Of a DNA stretch of 51,583 nucleotides, positions 1-9,859 are shown in pieces. Each line of letters opens with the position of its first letter. Within the stretch, counting starts at the first letter, position 1. The notes beneath the pieces are model-generated. The model did not search any database. It saw only the letters and a program-made list of their open reading frames with translations, and was not told the origin of the DNA. Source of the DNA: Callorhinchus milii (lineage: Eukaryota); the NCBI RefSeq assembly GCF_018977255.1, contig NW_024705362.1:1-51583 (forward strand), in the 5' to 3' direction. A program made the translations under genes and the position numbers.

Positions 1-533
1 GGCCCGCCGAACTTGTCCAAATATTATTATTAAATAAAATTTTACCTTCCTCCTGTAATGCCCCCATTTCCCCAATAGATGGCGGACTTTGACCGGGAGA
101 GAGAGAGAGAATATTCGTATGAGAAATTCATGTTTATATTGAAAGTAAGTTAACAGTAATATTTGGGTACAGTATTGTTTTTGGAAGCATTCACCGTAAT
201 ATCGTATGAACGTTTACTTCACCGCATCATCGTATGAATGATGCGAGAAGAGATTAACGGGTTCTTATGTTAGCGATTTACGTACTCGGCGCTTTCGCTC
301 TATAAAAATTACGGCTTGAATGAGGGGGGGGGGTATGACTACATCACAAAATTAATATCTTACTAGTAATTTTATATAACAAAAGTTATATACATAACTG
401 TTACGCTTTGTGTAATTCAACAAAACTTAACTCCGAGTTCTCTCCGAATTTCACGAGTCCGTTCTAGACCCCACAGTTTTTTTTAAAGAGTTTTAAGCAC
501 AGAAAACATAATTAAAGTTTAAAAAATCATTAA

Positions 534-630
534 TTATACAAACTTTTCAATAATTTCCTTCTTCACTTCGATTTCAGTTTTCTTTAAAAACTTCTTCTCA
601 CCAACATTACCACTCATTACCACTTTCTCC
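534..630 (-). mobile_element. Possible Tigger/pogo transposase N-terminal remnant
   Basis: Translation GNVGEKKFLKKTEIEVKKEIIEKF resembles the start of the CENP-B/Tigger HTH. Short and degenerate. Confidence 0.35.
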
Positions 631-791
631 GAAGGCAAGTTTGTAAAAGAATACATGGTACAGACAGCAGACATCTTAAATTTCGATTTAAAGCTTTCGT
701 GACTGCAGGGATTCATCTTCTTGGTTCTTTCGGTAAAGTCACGTAGAAGGGAAGTAATAAAATAATAAAATAAAACATAATAAAATTATTC

Positions 792-834
792 TCACGACGT
801 TTCGGCCACAACGCAAGCAGCCGTCCTCAGGTGA
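792..834 (-). ncRNA. Minimal type-I hammerhead ribozyme (PLE-associated)
   Basis: Minus strand reads UCAC CUGAGGA c GGCUGC uugcguu GUGGCC GAAA CG UC GUGA: stem I UCAC/GUGA, 6-bp stem II, palindromic ACGU stem III. Confidence 0.85.
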
Positions 835-1024
835 AAACCAGGTCCGTCGAGGCGACAGAGTCTGAATGAAACAGCACACGAGCTTGGAGCATATATATAA
901 GCTGGGCGCCTTGACAAAGGAATTTGCATATCAAGAGGAATTTAGCATATTTATGGGAAATGCAGGAATGTGATTAGTACTACATATGCATGTGCATTAT
1001 GCAGGATTAACTGCATCAAAGGGA

Positions 1025-1146
1025 GCTGCAGTTGCTGCTGCTGCTGCAGTTGCTGCTGCTGCAGTTGCTGCTGCTGCTGCAGTTTCTGCTGCTGCAGTTG
1101 CTGCTGCTGCTGCTGCTGCAGTTGCTGCTGCTGTTGCAGTTGCTGC
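1025..1146. repeat. Interrupted (CTG)n/(CAG)n trinucleotide tract
   Basis: Reiterated GCAGTT(GCT)n units between the PLE stop codon and the PLE terminus. Confidence 0.95.
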
Positions 1147-1315
1147 CTTATCCATTTTAATATAACACTATGTATTATTCTACCCACCCTAATGTGTATC
1201 ACACTGATATATATATTTACTATACAATTACGACACCATACATTACTCTGCACACTGCACCATGCCAGTGAGTGGAATGTGGTCTGAAAGTCACCGTAAA
1301 CGTGAACACAATCAG

Positions 1316-1822
1316 TTAAGATCCGAAATGGTTTATTACGTCCTTCCAATGATTGCTAAGCCAGAATCCATCTTCTATGTTGAAATTGTCTCTGTGTTTG
1401 TATATGTGGATCGCCTCATGAACGAATCTCTCATGATAGCCAGATGGCTTGCAGAGAACCTCTGTCTTGGAGAAGTCAGTGTCATGTGAGCCCACTGAAT
1501 TGTAACAGTGATCTGCCACGGCTGAGGTGTTTGTCCTACCGTGTTTCAGGTCTGCTTTATGTTCACGGATGCGGTCCGAGACATGTCGTTTGGTTTCTCC
1601 AATGTAACTGCTACCACAGAGGCAACTTAGTTTGTAGACGCCAGGGTACTGTATGTCTGGAACCACATCTTTTACAGACGGGACCAGATCACGGATTTTA
1701 TGTACTGTGTTGAATCGGACCTGGATCTTGTGTTTAATCAGGATTTTGGAGATCTTTTTTGTGACCCCAGCAATGTAGGGTAAGGTGATGGTCTTGAAAG
1801 GCTCCTCAACAGGATCCTTCTT
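1316..1822 (-). pseudogene. PLE GIY-YIG (Uri) endonuclease domain
   Basis: ORF 1316..1855: TLPYIAG...GVYKLSCLCGSSYIGETKR...RIREH...SAVADH...EAIHI...NIEDG. Confidence 0.92.
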
Positions 1823-1965
1823 ATTCATATTCTTAGGTTTTTTCGGTAAAGTCACGTAGGTAAAACATAAAAATTAATAAAAATAAAATAAAGATCACGA
1901 CGTTTCGGAGGCAACACAAGTCTCCATCATCAGGTGGGACCGTCACAGCCAGATTAGCTGCATCA
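1823..1965 (-). mobile_element. 143-bp PLE-terminus (hammerhead) insertion inside the PLE ORF
   Basis: Flanked by the 12-bp duplication AGGATCCTTCTT (1811-1822 and 1966-1977). Removing it rejoins ...TPTIKKDP/VEEPFK... in one frame. Confidence 0.9.
1895..1937 (-). ncRNA. Minimal type-I hammerhead ribozyme
   Basis: CCAC CUGAUGA u GGAGAC uuguguu GCCUCC GAAACGUC GUGA. Confidence 0.8.
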
Positions 1966-2950
1966 AGGATCCTTCTTGATGGTTGGAGTGATGGCCTTGC
2001 AGATTGTGTAGTCGGAGTAACCATTAGCCTTAAGAGCTTGGCGTACGTGTTTGAGTTCACTGTCAATGTGTTCCTGGTCGGAAATGCATTGGGCTCTATG
2101 GTATAGAGTCTTGATGAGGGAATTCTTCTGGGATGGATGGTGGTGGTAATCCGGTTTTAGGTAAGCATCCGTATGGGTGGCTTTCCTGTAGACAGAGTGG
2201 CTCATTGAACCATCAGATCTCCTTTTAATTAGGACATCCAAAAAGGGTAGCTTGCCATCTTTTTCGACTTCTATGGTGAATCTGATGGCTGGGTGTATGG
2301 AATTGATGTGGTCGAGAAATTGGTCTAGAGCAGGCCGGCCATGTGGCCAGATGACAAAAGTGTCATCTACGTACCTCTTCCATAAGGTCGGGCATAGAGT
2401 GGCAGTCTTGATGGCGTCAGGCTCAAATTTCTCCATGAAGATGTTGGCTACAACCGGAGATAGGGGGGAGCCCATTGGGGTGCCCTCAGTTTGCTTGTAG
2501 AAAGTTCCATTCCAGGTGAAGTATGTATTGGTTAAGCAGTGTCTCACCAGGGGGGGTACCCCAGCATTCAGTCCTTGATGAACCAAGTCTTCAATGATTG
2601 CGATGGTGTCAGGTACAGGAACTTTGGTTAATAAGGAAACCACATCAAAACTGACAAGCAGGTCGTCTGGGGACAGGGCAATCCCCTTGATTGTCGATAC
2701 CAGGTCAGTAGAGTTTAGTACCGCAGAGGTGGTTTTTCCAGTGAAAGGCCGTAGGATTTCAGACAAAAAACGAGCCAGTTCATAGGTGGGGGAGTTGATA
2801 GTAGAGACAATGGGACGAAGAGGTGTATCTTCTTTATGTATCTTTGGCAAGCCGTATAATCTTGGTGGCCTGGCTGCAGAAGGTTTCAACGAGAACTGTT
2901 TGGTCTGATCAATTAATGCGGTTGAATCAGAAATTATTTGCTTGGTTTTA
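1966..2950 (-). pseudogene. PLE reverse transcriptase domain (N-terminally truncated, separated from the endonuclease by an insertion)
   Basis: ORF track 1963..3087. RT similarity begins at about KTKQIIS; residues before that are antisense host sequence. YVDD catalytic motif and the PLE-typical VYRKATHTD..HHPSQK thumb are present. Confidence 0.92.
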
Positions 2951-2956
2951 GAGACG

Positions 2957-4190
2957 GGGGGAGGGGGAGAGTTTATCGTTGTGTTTGTCGCTGCGAGCAG
3001 ACGGCGCGCAATGGAGAGCTTGCTCAGAGCGGAGCTGGGCACGGACTCGGCGAGGCCGCTGGGCGCTGCGGCCGGTGGAGGCTGCATCAGCGCCGGGCAG
3101 AGCTACGAGACGGGGCGCGGACACGTGTTCACCAAGATCAACTCCAAGAGCGGGGCACCCTCTTCTACGCCTCCTCACCATGCCACCTCGCCTCCTCACT
3201 ACGCCACGTCACCACCTCACCTCCTCTACCCTCCTCTTTGCCTCCTCACCCACTCACCCACTCATACACTCACCGACTCATCCACTCACCCACTCATCCA
3301 GTAACCCATTAATCCAGTAACCTACTCATCCAGTCACCTACTCATCCAGTCACCCACGCATCCGGTCACTGACTCAATCACCCTATCACACCCTCCTCCA
3401 CTCGTTTACTCAAACACTCAACCATTTACTCATCCACCCGCTCACCACCATGCAGGTCACCTCACTCTCTTTTCAGCTTCATCAGTTTGCACTGCTCCAC
3501 TCTGGAATCCCCACCCGGTCTTCCTATTTCCCCAAACTCTTGCAACAATAAACTTGATAAATTTAAGGAACGTGTTTCTATGATCTTAATTATCTAATTA
3601 CTCATTCGACAGTTACGTATTTTTTGTTTTTGCTGGCCGCTTGGCGTTTTGTATTGTGTGGGGTTTGCATAGCTGTCAACCCCTTATATTGCACAGACCA
3701 ATTCAGACCTTGTTGGTCACCCCGTGCCCCTTATAAATCTCAACGTTCATCCTACAAAGTCCCATCACAAGGGAGAAGCACACACAAATAGACTTAACAC
3801 AAATGTTGCCCGTTTTGAAACGGCTGTGTGCCGTATGGACCTGAAAACTCACTTTCCCCCAACAGAATACGGGTAAACCGTGTGGGTTGACAGCTACGGG
3901 TTTTGTTGTGTTTGCGAGTCCAAGTTATAGGACTGCACCCTGGGTTGTGCGTGGTTCTCATTGGTGGGAGATTCCCTTCGCTGCGTTGCACGCCAGTGGC
4001 TGGGGCTGCCTGGGGCCAGTGACGTGTGAGCCGGTCCCAATGTGCACCGGCAAACATTTATCGCCAGGTGGCCCCAGTGTTTATTGCCCGTCTACACGTG
4101 GATACCTGAAGCCCATGTCACTCCACTGCTGGATGAGTCCCGCAATGAAGATACAATCAGTACATCCACTTTGCTTTTGCACTCCACCTG
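2957..4190 (+). repeat. Segmental duplication, direct paralog of ~13850-15386
   Basis: Near-identical run from GAGTTTATCGTTGTG through the CCACTCA(T/C)CC low-complexity tract to TTTTGCACTC(C/T)ACCTG in both copies. Confidence 0.93.
3011..3154 (+). pseudogene. FN3K/FN3KRP: Orphan exon 1 of a fructosamine-3-kinase / ketosamine-3-kinase family gene, copy 1
   Basis: MESLLRAELGTDSARPLGAAAGGGCISAGQSYETGRGHVFTKINSKSG matches the FN3K-family N-terminus (ME.LLR.ELG...GGGCIS.G.SY.T..G.VF.K.N). No GT donor at the end and no downstream exons seen. Confidence 0.8.
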
Positions 4191-4722
4191 TGTAGTGCCA
4201 TAAGAGGGGAGGGGCTGCTGGGGGCTCTGGGACCCCAGACAGTTAAGCCCCTTGGCGCCACCAATGGGGGGGCTGTGTGTGTTCTGTGGGATATCTGGGG
4301 GCGCACACAACCCCACCCCTAGTTGGGGACGAGGCATAAAAGGGCAGCTCCCTGGCCGGTCGGAGCCAGTCACAGTTCAAGACCCGCCAGCCAGCCAGCT
4401 TAGGACCCTGGACCCCCTCGTCCCGCTTGTCCTTGTAAGGGCCGGGACGCTGTGAGGGCCAGTGGTGGGACTCTGGGACTCCCGGCTCTACGTCCTTGTA
4501 AGGGCGAGTTCCGAGGAAGCCAGAGTCTAGACCCGCACCTTGGCTGGGTCGGGTCAGGTAGCCTCCCCTAGGGTAATTGTAGCCGGAGGACCCGAGAGCG
4601 TAGCCAGTCAGGCACGCTCGGAATAGGCTGTGTCCATAGGCTGTAACAGAGTATCAGGACTATTGGAGTGTTGTATCGTAATAAAGAAGTTACCTCTACA
4701 AATGTCTCCGGAGCCCATTACA
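4191..4722 (+). mobile_element. Solo LTR (TGTAGT...ATTACA)
   Basis: TG...CA ends, CATAAAAGG TATA-like box and AATAAA at ~4680. Shares GTCCTTGTAAGGGCCGGGAC with the LTR at 8150-8755 (inverted). Flanks do not form a TSD. Confidence 0.75.
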
Positions 4723-5246
4723 TATGTGCTCAAGTTCACTGGCTAAATGGCGCTGGTCGGAGATGCAGCGGATTATTTTTTTCTGCCTGAGAACGACCGC
4801 TTGTGTTGCGATTGAAACGTCGTGACATATTATTTATTTTCCCTACGTGGCTTTACCGAAAGAACCAAAGAGTATGGATTTCTGCAGTCACGAAAGCTTA
4901 ACATCAACACCCAAATAAGATTTTGTATATGAACAGCAACGACTTAACTATCTTCATTTTCCCAATGCTACCCACCAGAGATCCTTTCTGTATATACACA
5001 ACAGCAAGCTAATTATGGCACCATACTTTCAGTCCCTATTCGTGACACACTTGACTCCCAATCCTCATACAAGATTGCAATATAATTTCTGCATGAGGGC
5101 CCATCAAAAAGTGTTGAGAATGGACACTTTTTTCCTAAAAACTATGTAAAATTGTCTTAATACAAAGTCCAGTATAGTACTATTCGTGGCACTCGTAAGT
5201 GAACTTCATTATTGCTCATGCTAATTATTACAATGTTAACTATTTA

Positions 5247-6701
5247 TATTCTTAGGTTTTTTCGGTAAAGTCACGTAGGTTAAAAATTTAAATTAATAAA
5301 AGTAAAATAAAATAAAAATCACGACGTGTCGGAGGCAACACAAGCTTCCGTTTCAAGTGGAACCGTCACAGTCCGACAGCTGTATCAAGTAAATGAGAGA
5401 TTACAGGAGATACCACTCCGTATATATAATGGTTGAGGGGGGGGCAGGAATGGCCCACTTTTTATTATTATGGTAAGGTGCGGTTTGAGACTATGAATAG
5501 ACTGCATAACAAAAGACTGAGCCTTTATTATGGAGAGGTTCGGTTTGTGACTACGCCTAGCCTACATAACAAAAGTGTTAAAAAAGAAAGCTAAACCTGG
5601 TAGAAAGCTAAACCTGGTAAAACAAAACTGGCTGTCCATCAGTAACCTGCAATAGTTTTCTGTCAAATAAGATGGTCCAAATAAGTGTAGTTAAATCTTT
5701 TTTGCATGGTTAAGCACATCTTTCCAATGATTGAAGGTGCGGCTTGAGACTATGAATAGACTGCATAACAAAAGACTGAGCCTTTATTATGGAGAGACCA
5801 AGGTGCTCTGCAAACCTCCTGGCTACCATCAAAGGTTTGTACACGAAGCCATACAAGTATACAAACACAGACATAATTTCAACCGTGATGATGGTTACAA
5901 ACTGAGTAATCATTGGAAAGATGTGATTAAACATGCAAAAAAGATTTAACTACACTTATTTGGACCATTTTATTTGACAGAAAACTATTACAGGTTACTG
6001 ATAGACAGCCAGTTTTGTTTTACCAGGTTTAGCTTTCTACCAGGTTTAGCTTTCTTTTTTCACACTTTTGTTATGTAGGCTAGGCGTAGTCACAAACCGA
6101 ACCTCTCCACAATAAAGGCTCAGTCTTTTCTATGGGGACCTCATTTGCCAGTAAAAATATGATAATTGGTTCTTTACCCTTCTACCTTGCAACAAAACTG
6201 ACACCTTTTTACAAGGAGTCATGTTTGCATAGACCGCAATACCTGCAGTCATAGTGCACATTATCAGAGTTATGTCTTTTGTTTGTATTTATGACTGCAG
6301 GTATTGCGGTCTATGCAAACATGACTCCTTGTAAAAAGGTGTCAGTTTTGTTGCCAGGTAGAAGGGTAAAGAACCAATTATCGCTCAGTCTTTTGTTATG
6401 CAGTCTATTCATAGTCTCAAACCGCACCTTACCATAATAATAAAAAGTGGGCCATTCCTGGTCCTTCCCCCCCCCTCAACCATTATATATACGGAGTGGT
6501 ATCTCCTGTAATCTCTCATTTACTTGATACAGCTGTCGGGCTGTGGCGGTTCCACCTGAAGACGGAAGCTTGTGTTGCCTCCGAAACGTCGTGATTTTTA
6601 TTTTATTTTACTTTTATTAATTTTAATTTTTTACCTACGTGACTTTACCGAAAAAACCTAAGAATATGAATCCTAGCAGTCACGAAAACTTCAAATCTGG
6701 A
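5247..6701. mobile_element. Fold-back PLE derivative with nested inverted repeats and a GIY-YIG C-terminal fragment
   Basis: TSD GTTAACTATTTA (5235-5246 / 6702-6713). Outer IR ~5247-5522 / 6383-6667; inner IRs ~5510-5731 / 5907-6129 and 6161-6253 / 6290-6382. ORF 5731..5949 is an endonuclease C-terminus. Absent from the paralog at ~49276. Confidence 0.9.
6552..6594 (+). ncRNA. Minimal type-I hammerhead ribozyme
   Basis: CCAC CUGAAGA c GGAAGC uuguguu GCCUCC GAAACGUC GUGA. The inverted partner at ~5319-5360 is mutated. Confidence 0.8.
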
Positions 6702-7830
6702 GTTAACTATTTACCCAGGAAGGCTTCATTGAGTGTCAAGCCTGATTTTTGAAGGAAGTTTCCCATTGCATTGAGATATTTGGCAATTGCATTAATGAGC
6801 ATTTGGCTCTGTGTGAGTAGAACCCAGAGAGACCCCCCCCCCACCTTGCACATGGGGAAATAGCACAACTCTGCATAGATTATACCCACACTCGATAAAT
6901 AATTCAAACCGAGTTGTTTTCTTTTTACCGTTGTACTGTATAGAATTATTAAGTATACATGCATCTTTATATTAAACTATTCTGAAAGATGTGTCATTCA
7001 TTTGCAAATGAGAATGTAATGTCGCAGATGCGACCACAGGCCAACTTGAATCTGCATGTAGTTTCTGGGCCTCTTCACTTCACCAACCCGCATTCACCAG
7101 CGTGGTGAAGTATGATTAAACAACTCCCACGACTGACATGGTGTGGGGGAGGCCTCTATCAAACGCTGCATCGACAAGGGGCTGATATGTCACGACATTG
7201 TATGGTAAGACCGTTCTCTAGCCAACACAAGAAGTCTACGTAGAAAGACGATGCGGCACACGTGTACACGATGTTTGTGTGCGTACGTTCAGTGTGTGTA
7301 TCACGTGCACAATTATATCAGGTCGCGATTATGCTCAAACATCACGAACAACTCTCGACGTCTCCAGAGCCTGAACATTTCAAGTAGACACTGACCCTTG
7401 CCACGATTTGTATTGTACCAGTTAAGGGCCACGGAGCCATGTAGCTCTATTTCAGAAGCGACCTGGACACAAGTGAAAACTAAACGAAGTGGCTTATGTG
7501 GACATTTATAGCAGCCAAGTGCTCTAAACTCACGTTTCTAAATGTGGAGGGGAAAGCCGAAGGACCAGGAGAATAATCTATGCGACCACGGGGGAAATAA
7601 AAATATACAAATACAGAGCAGGCGTCAGGGTCGTGATGGAACCTGCACGCTGCTGTAGGCCTGGCGAGGTAGTTAACATCTCGCCACCGCGGCGCCCCTT
7701 ATTAAAAGCTTAGCCGTGTCTAGCAAGGTTATTGACGCATATCACTCGACTCACGCAACCACAAGTGATGTATTAAACAAATAAAACAATAATAAAGTAG
7801 AGAGGCGCTACTGACATTTAACAATGTTCT

Positions 7831-9250
7831 TAATTTAAAGCTTTCGTGACTGCAGGGATTCATTTTCTTTGTTCATTCGGTAAAGTCACGTAGAAGGGAA
7901 ATAATAAAATAATATTCATATAAAACAATAAAAATTCTCACGACGTTTTGACTGCAACACAAGCAATCATCAACAGGTGTGAAATCCACAAAGAAAATTT
8001 GAAAAAAGTGGCAGTTTTACCTAATGTCAGCACCAAGGACAGCGATTTGGCAGTTTGCCAGATGGACGATTCCATCTATGTTCGGAAAAGAGGAGGGGGG
8101 AGCAGAAAATGGAATGCGGTCTGAAAGTCACCGTAAGCGTGAACACAATTGTAATATTGTGAATTACGGCGGGAGACCACTTAACTCTTTCCTTGGGCAC
8201 AATAACACGTGTGGACAACTACAGCTCACGCTACACGTTCCACCCAGCCACACACACACGGGCTCTCCAGCCCCGTAGCTTCCAGGGGAACCTACAGACC
8301 CACCCCAGCTTGGGTATGGGTCACGACCACTGGGTCCCGCAGCCTGGCCCTCACACGGACGTCCGGCCCCGGGTCCCAAGGTCCCGCCTCTGAGCCACAC
8401 AGGGTCCCGGCCCTTACAAGGACAGCGGGACTAGGGGTCTCAGGGCCCTATCTCTTCCTCCTCCGTCTTCCGTCTTCACTGGTCACCAACTCCCCGAGCG
8501 CCCGCGCGCATCGCCTTTTATAGTCCTCCGCTCCCGGGGAGACGGAGCCTATGCGGACGTCGATGTGAGCACCACCCTAGTTGACCAATCACCACGCGCT
8601 GCCACACGATCCCTTTTCCCAGCTCGTGTCAGCGCACACAACCAATCAGCACGCGCTGCCACACGATCCATCACTGTCAGCGCGCGTCACCACTATACAG
8701 CCAATCACCACGCGCTGCCCCACGATCCCTACTGCCAGCGCGTATCACCCCTACACAATCAATTAAGACCCGAAATGGTTGATTAAATCCTTCCAATGAT
8801 TGCTAAGCCAGAATCTATCTTCTCGGTTGAAATTGTCTCTGTGTTTGCATATGTGGATAGCCTCATGAACGAACCTCTCATGGTAGCCAGATGGCTTGCA
8901 AAGAACCTCCAAGACAGAGGTTCTTTGCAAGCCATCTGGCTATCATGGACTGGGTTAGGGTTAGGGTGGTTCTTTCGGTAAAGTAACGTCGATAGAAAAT
9001 AAAAATTATCAAATAAAATAAAAATACTAAATAAAAATATGATATTTAAAATAATAAAAACAAAAAACCCACATTGATATTTTTGGTTCTTTCAGGAAAG
9101 TCACGTAGTTAGAAAATTTAAATAAAATAAAAGTAATGAAATACAATTTTTCTTTTAAAATAATAAATTAAAAATAATAAAAGCTTTTATTATTTTCAAT
9201 TCATGATTTGTATTTTAAATTTTATTTTATTTTCTATCGACGTAAAGAAT
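7831..9250 (-). mobile_element. PLE 3' fragment (endonuclease C-terminus, 3' UTR, terminus) with short inversion and extra terminus fragments, interrupted by a solo LTR
   Basis: 8760-8910 matches 1314-1462. Terminus at 7831-7985 has a mutated hammerhead. Hairpin 8879-8909 / 8917-8947. Paralog at ~50409-51200. Confidence 0.8.
8150..8755 (-). mobile_element. Solo LTR with 4-bp TSD CAAT
   Basis: TGTAAT...CTACA flanked by CAAT. The empty site GAACACAATCAATTAAG is present in the paralog at ~50720. TATAAAAGG on the minus strand. Confidence 0.88.
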
Positions 9251-9559
9251 ATGGCGTGGAGATGCTGAGAGTCAGTGCGGTTGGTAAGGTGTGATTGGGT
9301 TGGTGAGTGAGGTTGGTGAGATGCGTGGTGAGTGTGTCGGTGAGCACGTGGAGGATTCGCCTCCACGGCCGCCTTTGTCTCCCCCAGTGGCGATGTTCAC
9401 TCCACACCGCACCAGGTACCCATCTGAGGCTGAGTCGACCTCTCACTCTCTCACTGTCTCACTCACACTCACTCACTCACAAGCGCGAGTTCGCGTTGTC
9501 AGGCGATATAAAATAATTAATATTTCATTCAGTTGGTTCTGAAGTGCGGCTGTTTGTAA

Positions 9560-9591
9560 TTTGGGCGTTCGTAAGTCGAGGACTGTCTGTA
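9560..9591 (-). mobile_element. Tigger-type terminal inverted repeat with TA target
   Basis: Minus strand reads TA CAGACAGTCCTCGACTTACGAACG, similar to Tigger TIRs. Also at the window end (~51560-51583). Confidence 0.55.
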
Positions 9592-9639
9592 AATAAAGAT
9601 TCCGATTGTGGATGTGGGGCTTTAACCGTGGGGTGAGCT

Positions 9640-9800
9640 TGGCCCGATCCGCGGGGCGTGGCTTGACCGACAGTGGGCGGGGCATAGCCGCGAGGGGCGT
9701 GGCTTATCCAGGAAGTGGGAGGAGTCTCGCGCCTACGTAGGGGCGTGCAATAACCAAAGGGGGCGTGGCGTGTCACCCTGCGCTGACCAATCGCAGAGGA
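9640..9800 (+). promoter_or_regulatory. GC-box-rich promoter-like segment
   Basis: Several GGGGCGTGG/GGGCGGGG (Sp/KLF) boxes, GGAAGTG (ETS) and CCAAT within 160 bp of CpG-rich sequence upstream of the ZF exon. Confidence 0.5.
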
Positions 9801-9859
9801 GAACGCGAACCCTGGACTCCAACCCCGACAAGCGCGCTCCTTTTAAAGTTAACAACAAC

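Larger units (their letters stand above)
685..2950 (-). mobile_element. Penelope-like retroelement (Penelope/Poseidon type), 5'-truncated: RT + GIY-YIG ORF, 3' UTR with CAG/CTG tract, and hammerhead-bearing terminus
   Basis: RT motifs PRLYGLPKIHK, LRPIVS, SFDVVSL, QTEGTPMGSPLSP, RYVDD and FLDV, followed by a GIY-YIG domain. The terminus at 685-950 is shared with many other copies in the window. Confidence 0.93.
4625..9586 (+). repeat. Segmental duplication, direct paralog of ~47462-51583
   Basis: Collinear high-identity match (e.g. 6714-7830 vs 49286-50410; 9270-9586 vs ~51270-51583), differing mainly by TE insertions. Confidence 0.95.

Noticed and set aside
951..1349. Poly-Q (minus) and poly-Cys (plus) ORFs
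   Set aside because: By-products of the CTG/CAG tract in the PLE 3' region; no other protein features.
2951..3087. Apparent N-terminal extension (MQPPPAAAP...) of the 374-aa RT ORF
   Set aside because: It is the antisense of the GC-rich FN3K exon, open by chance and not part of the PLE protein.
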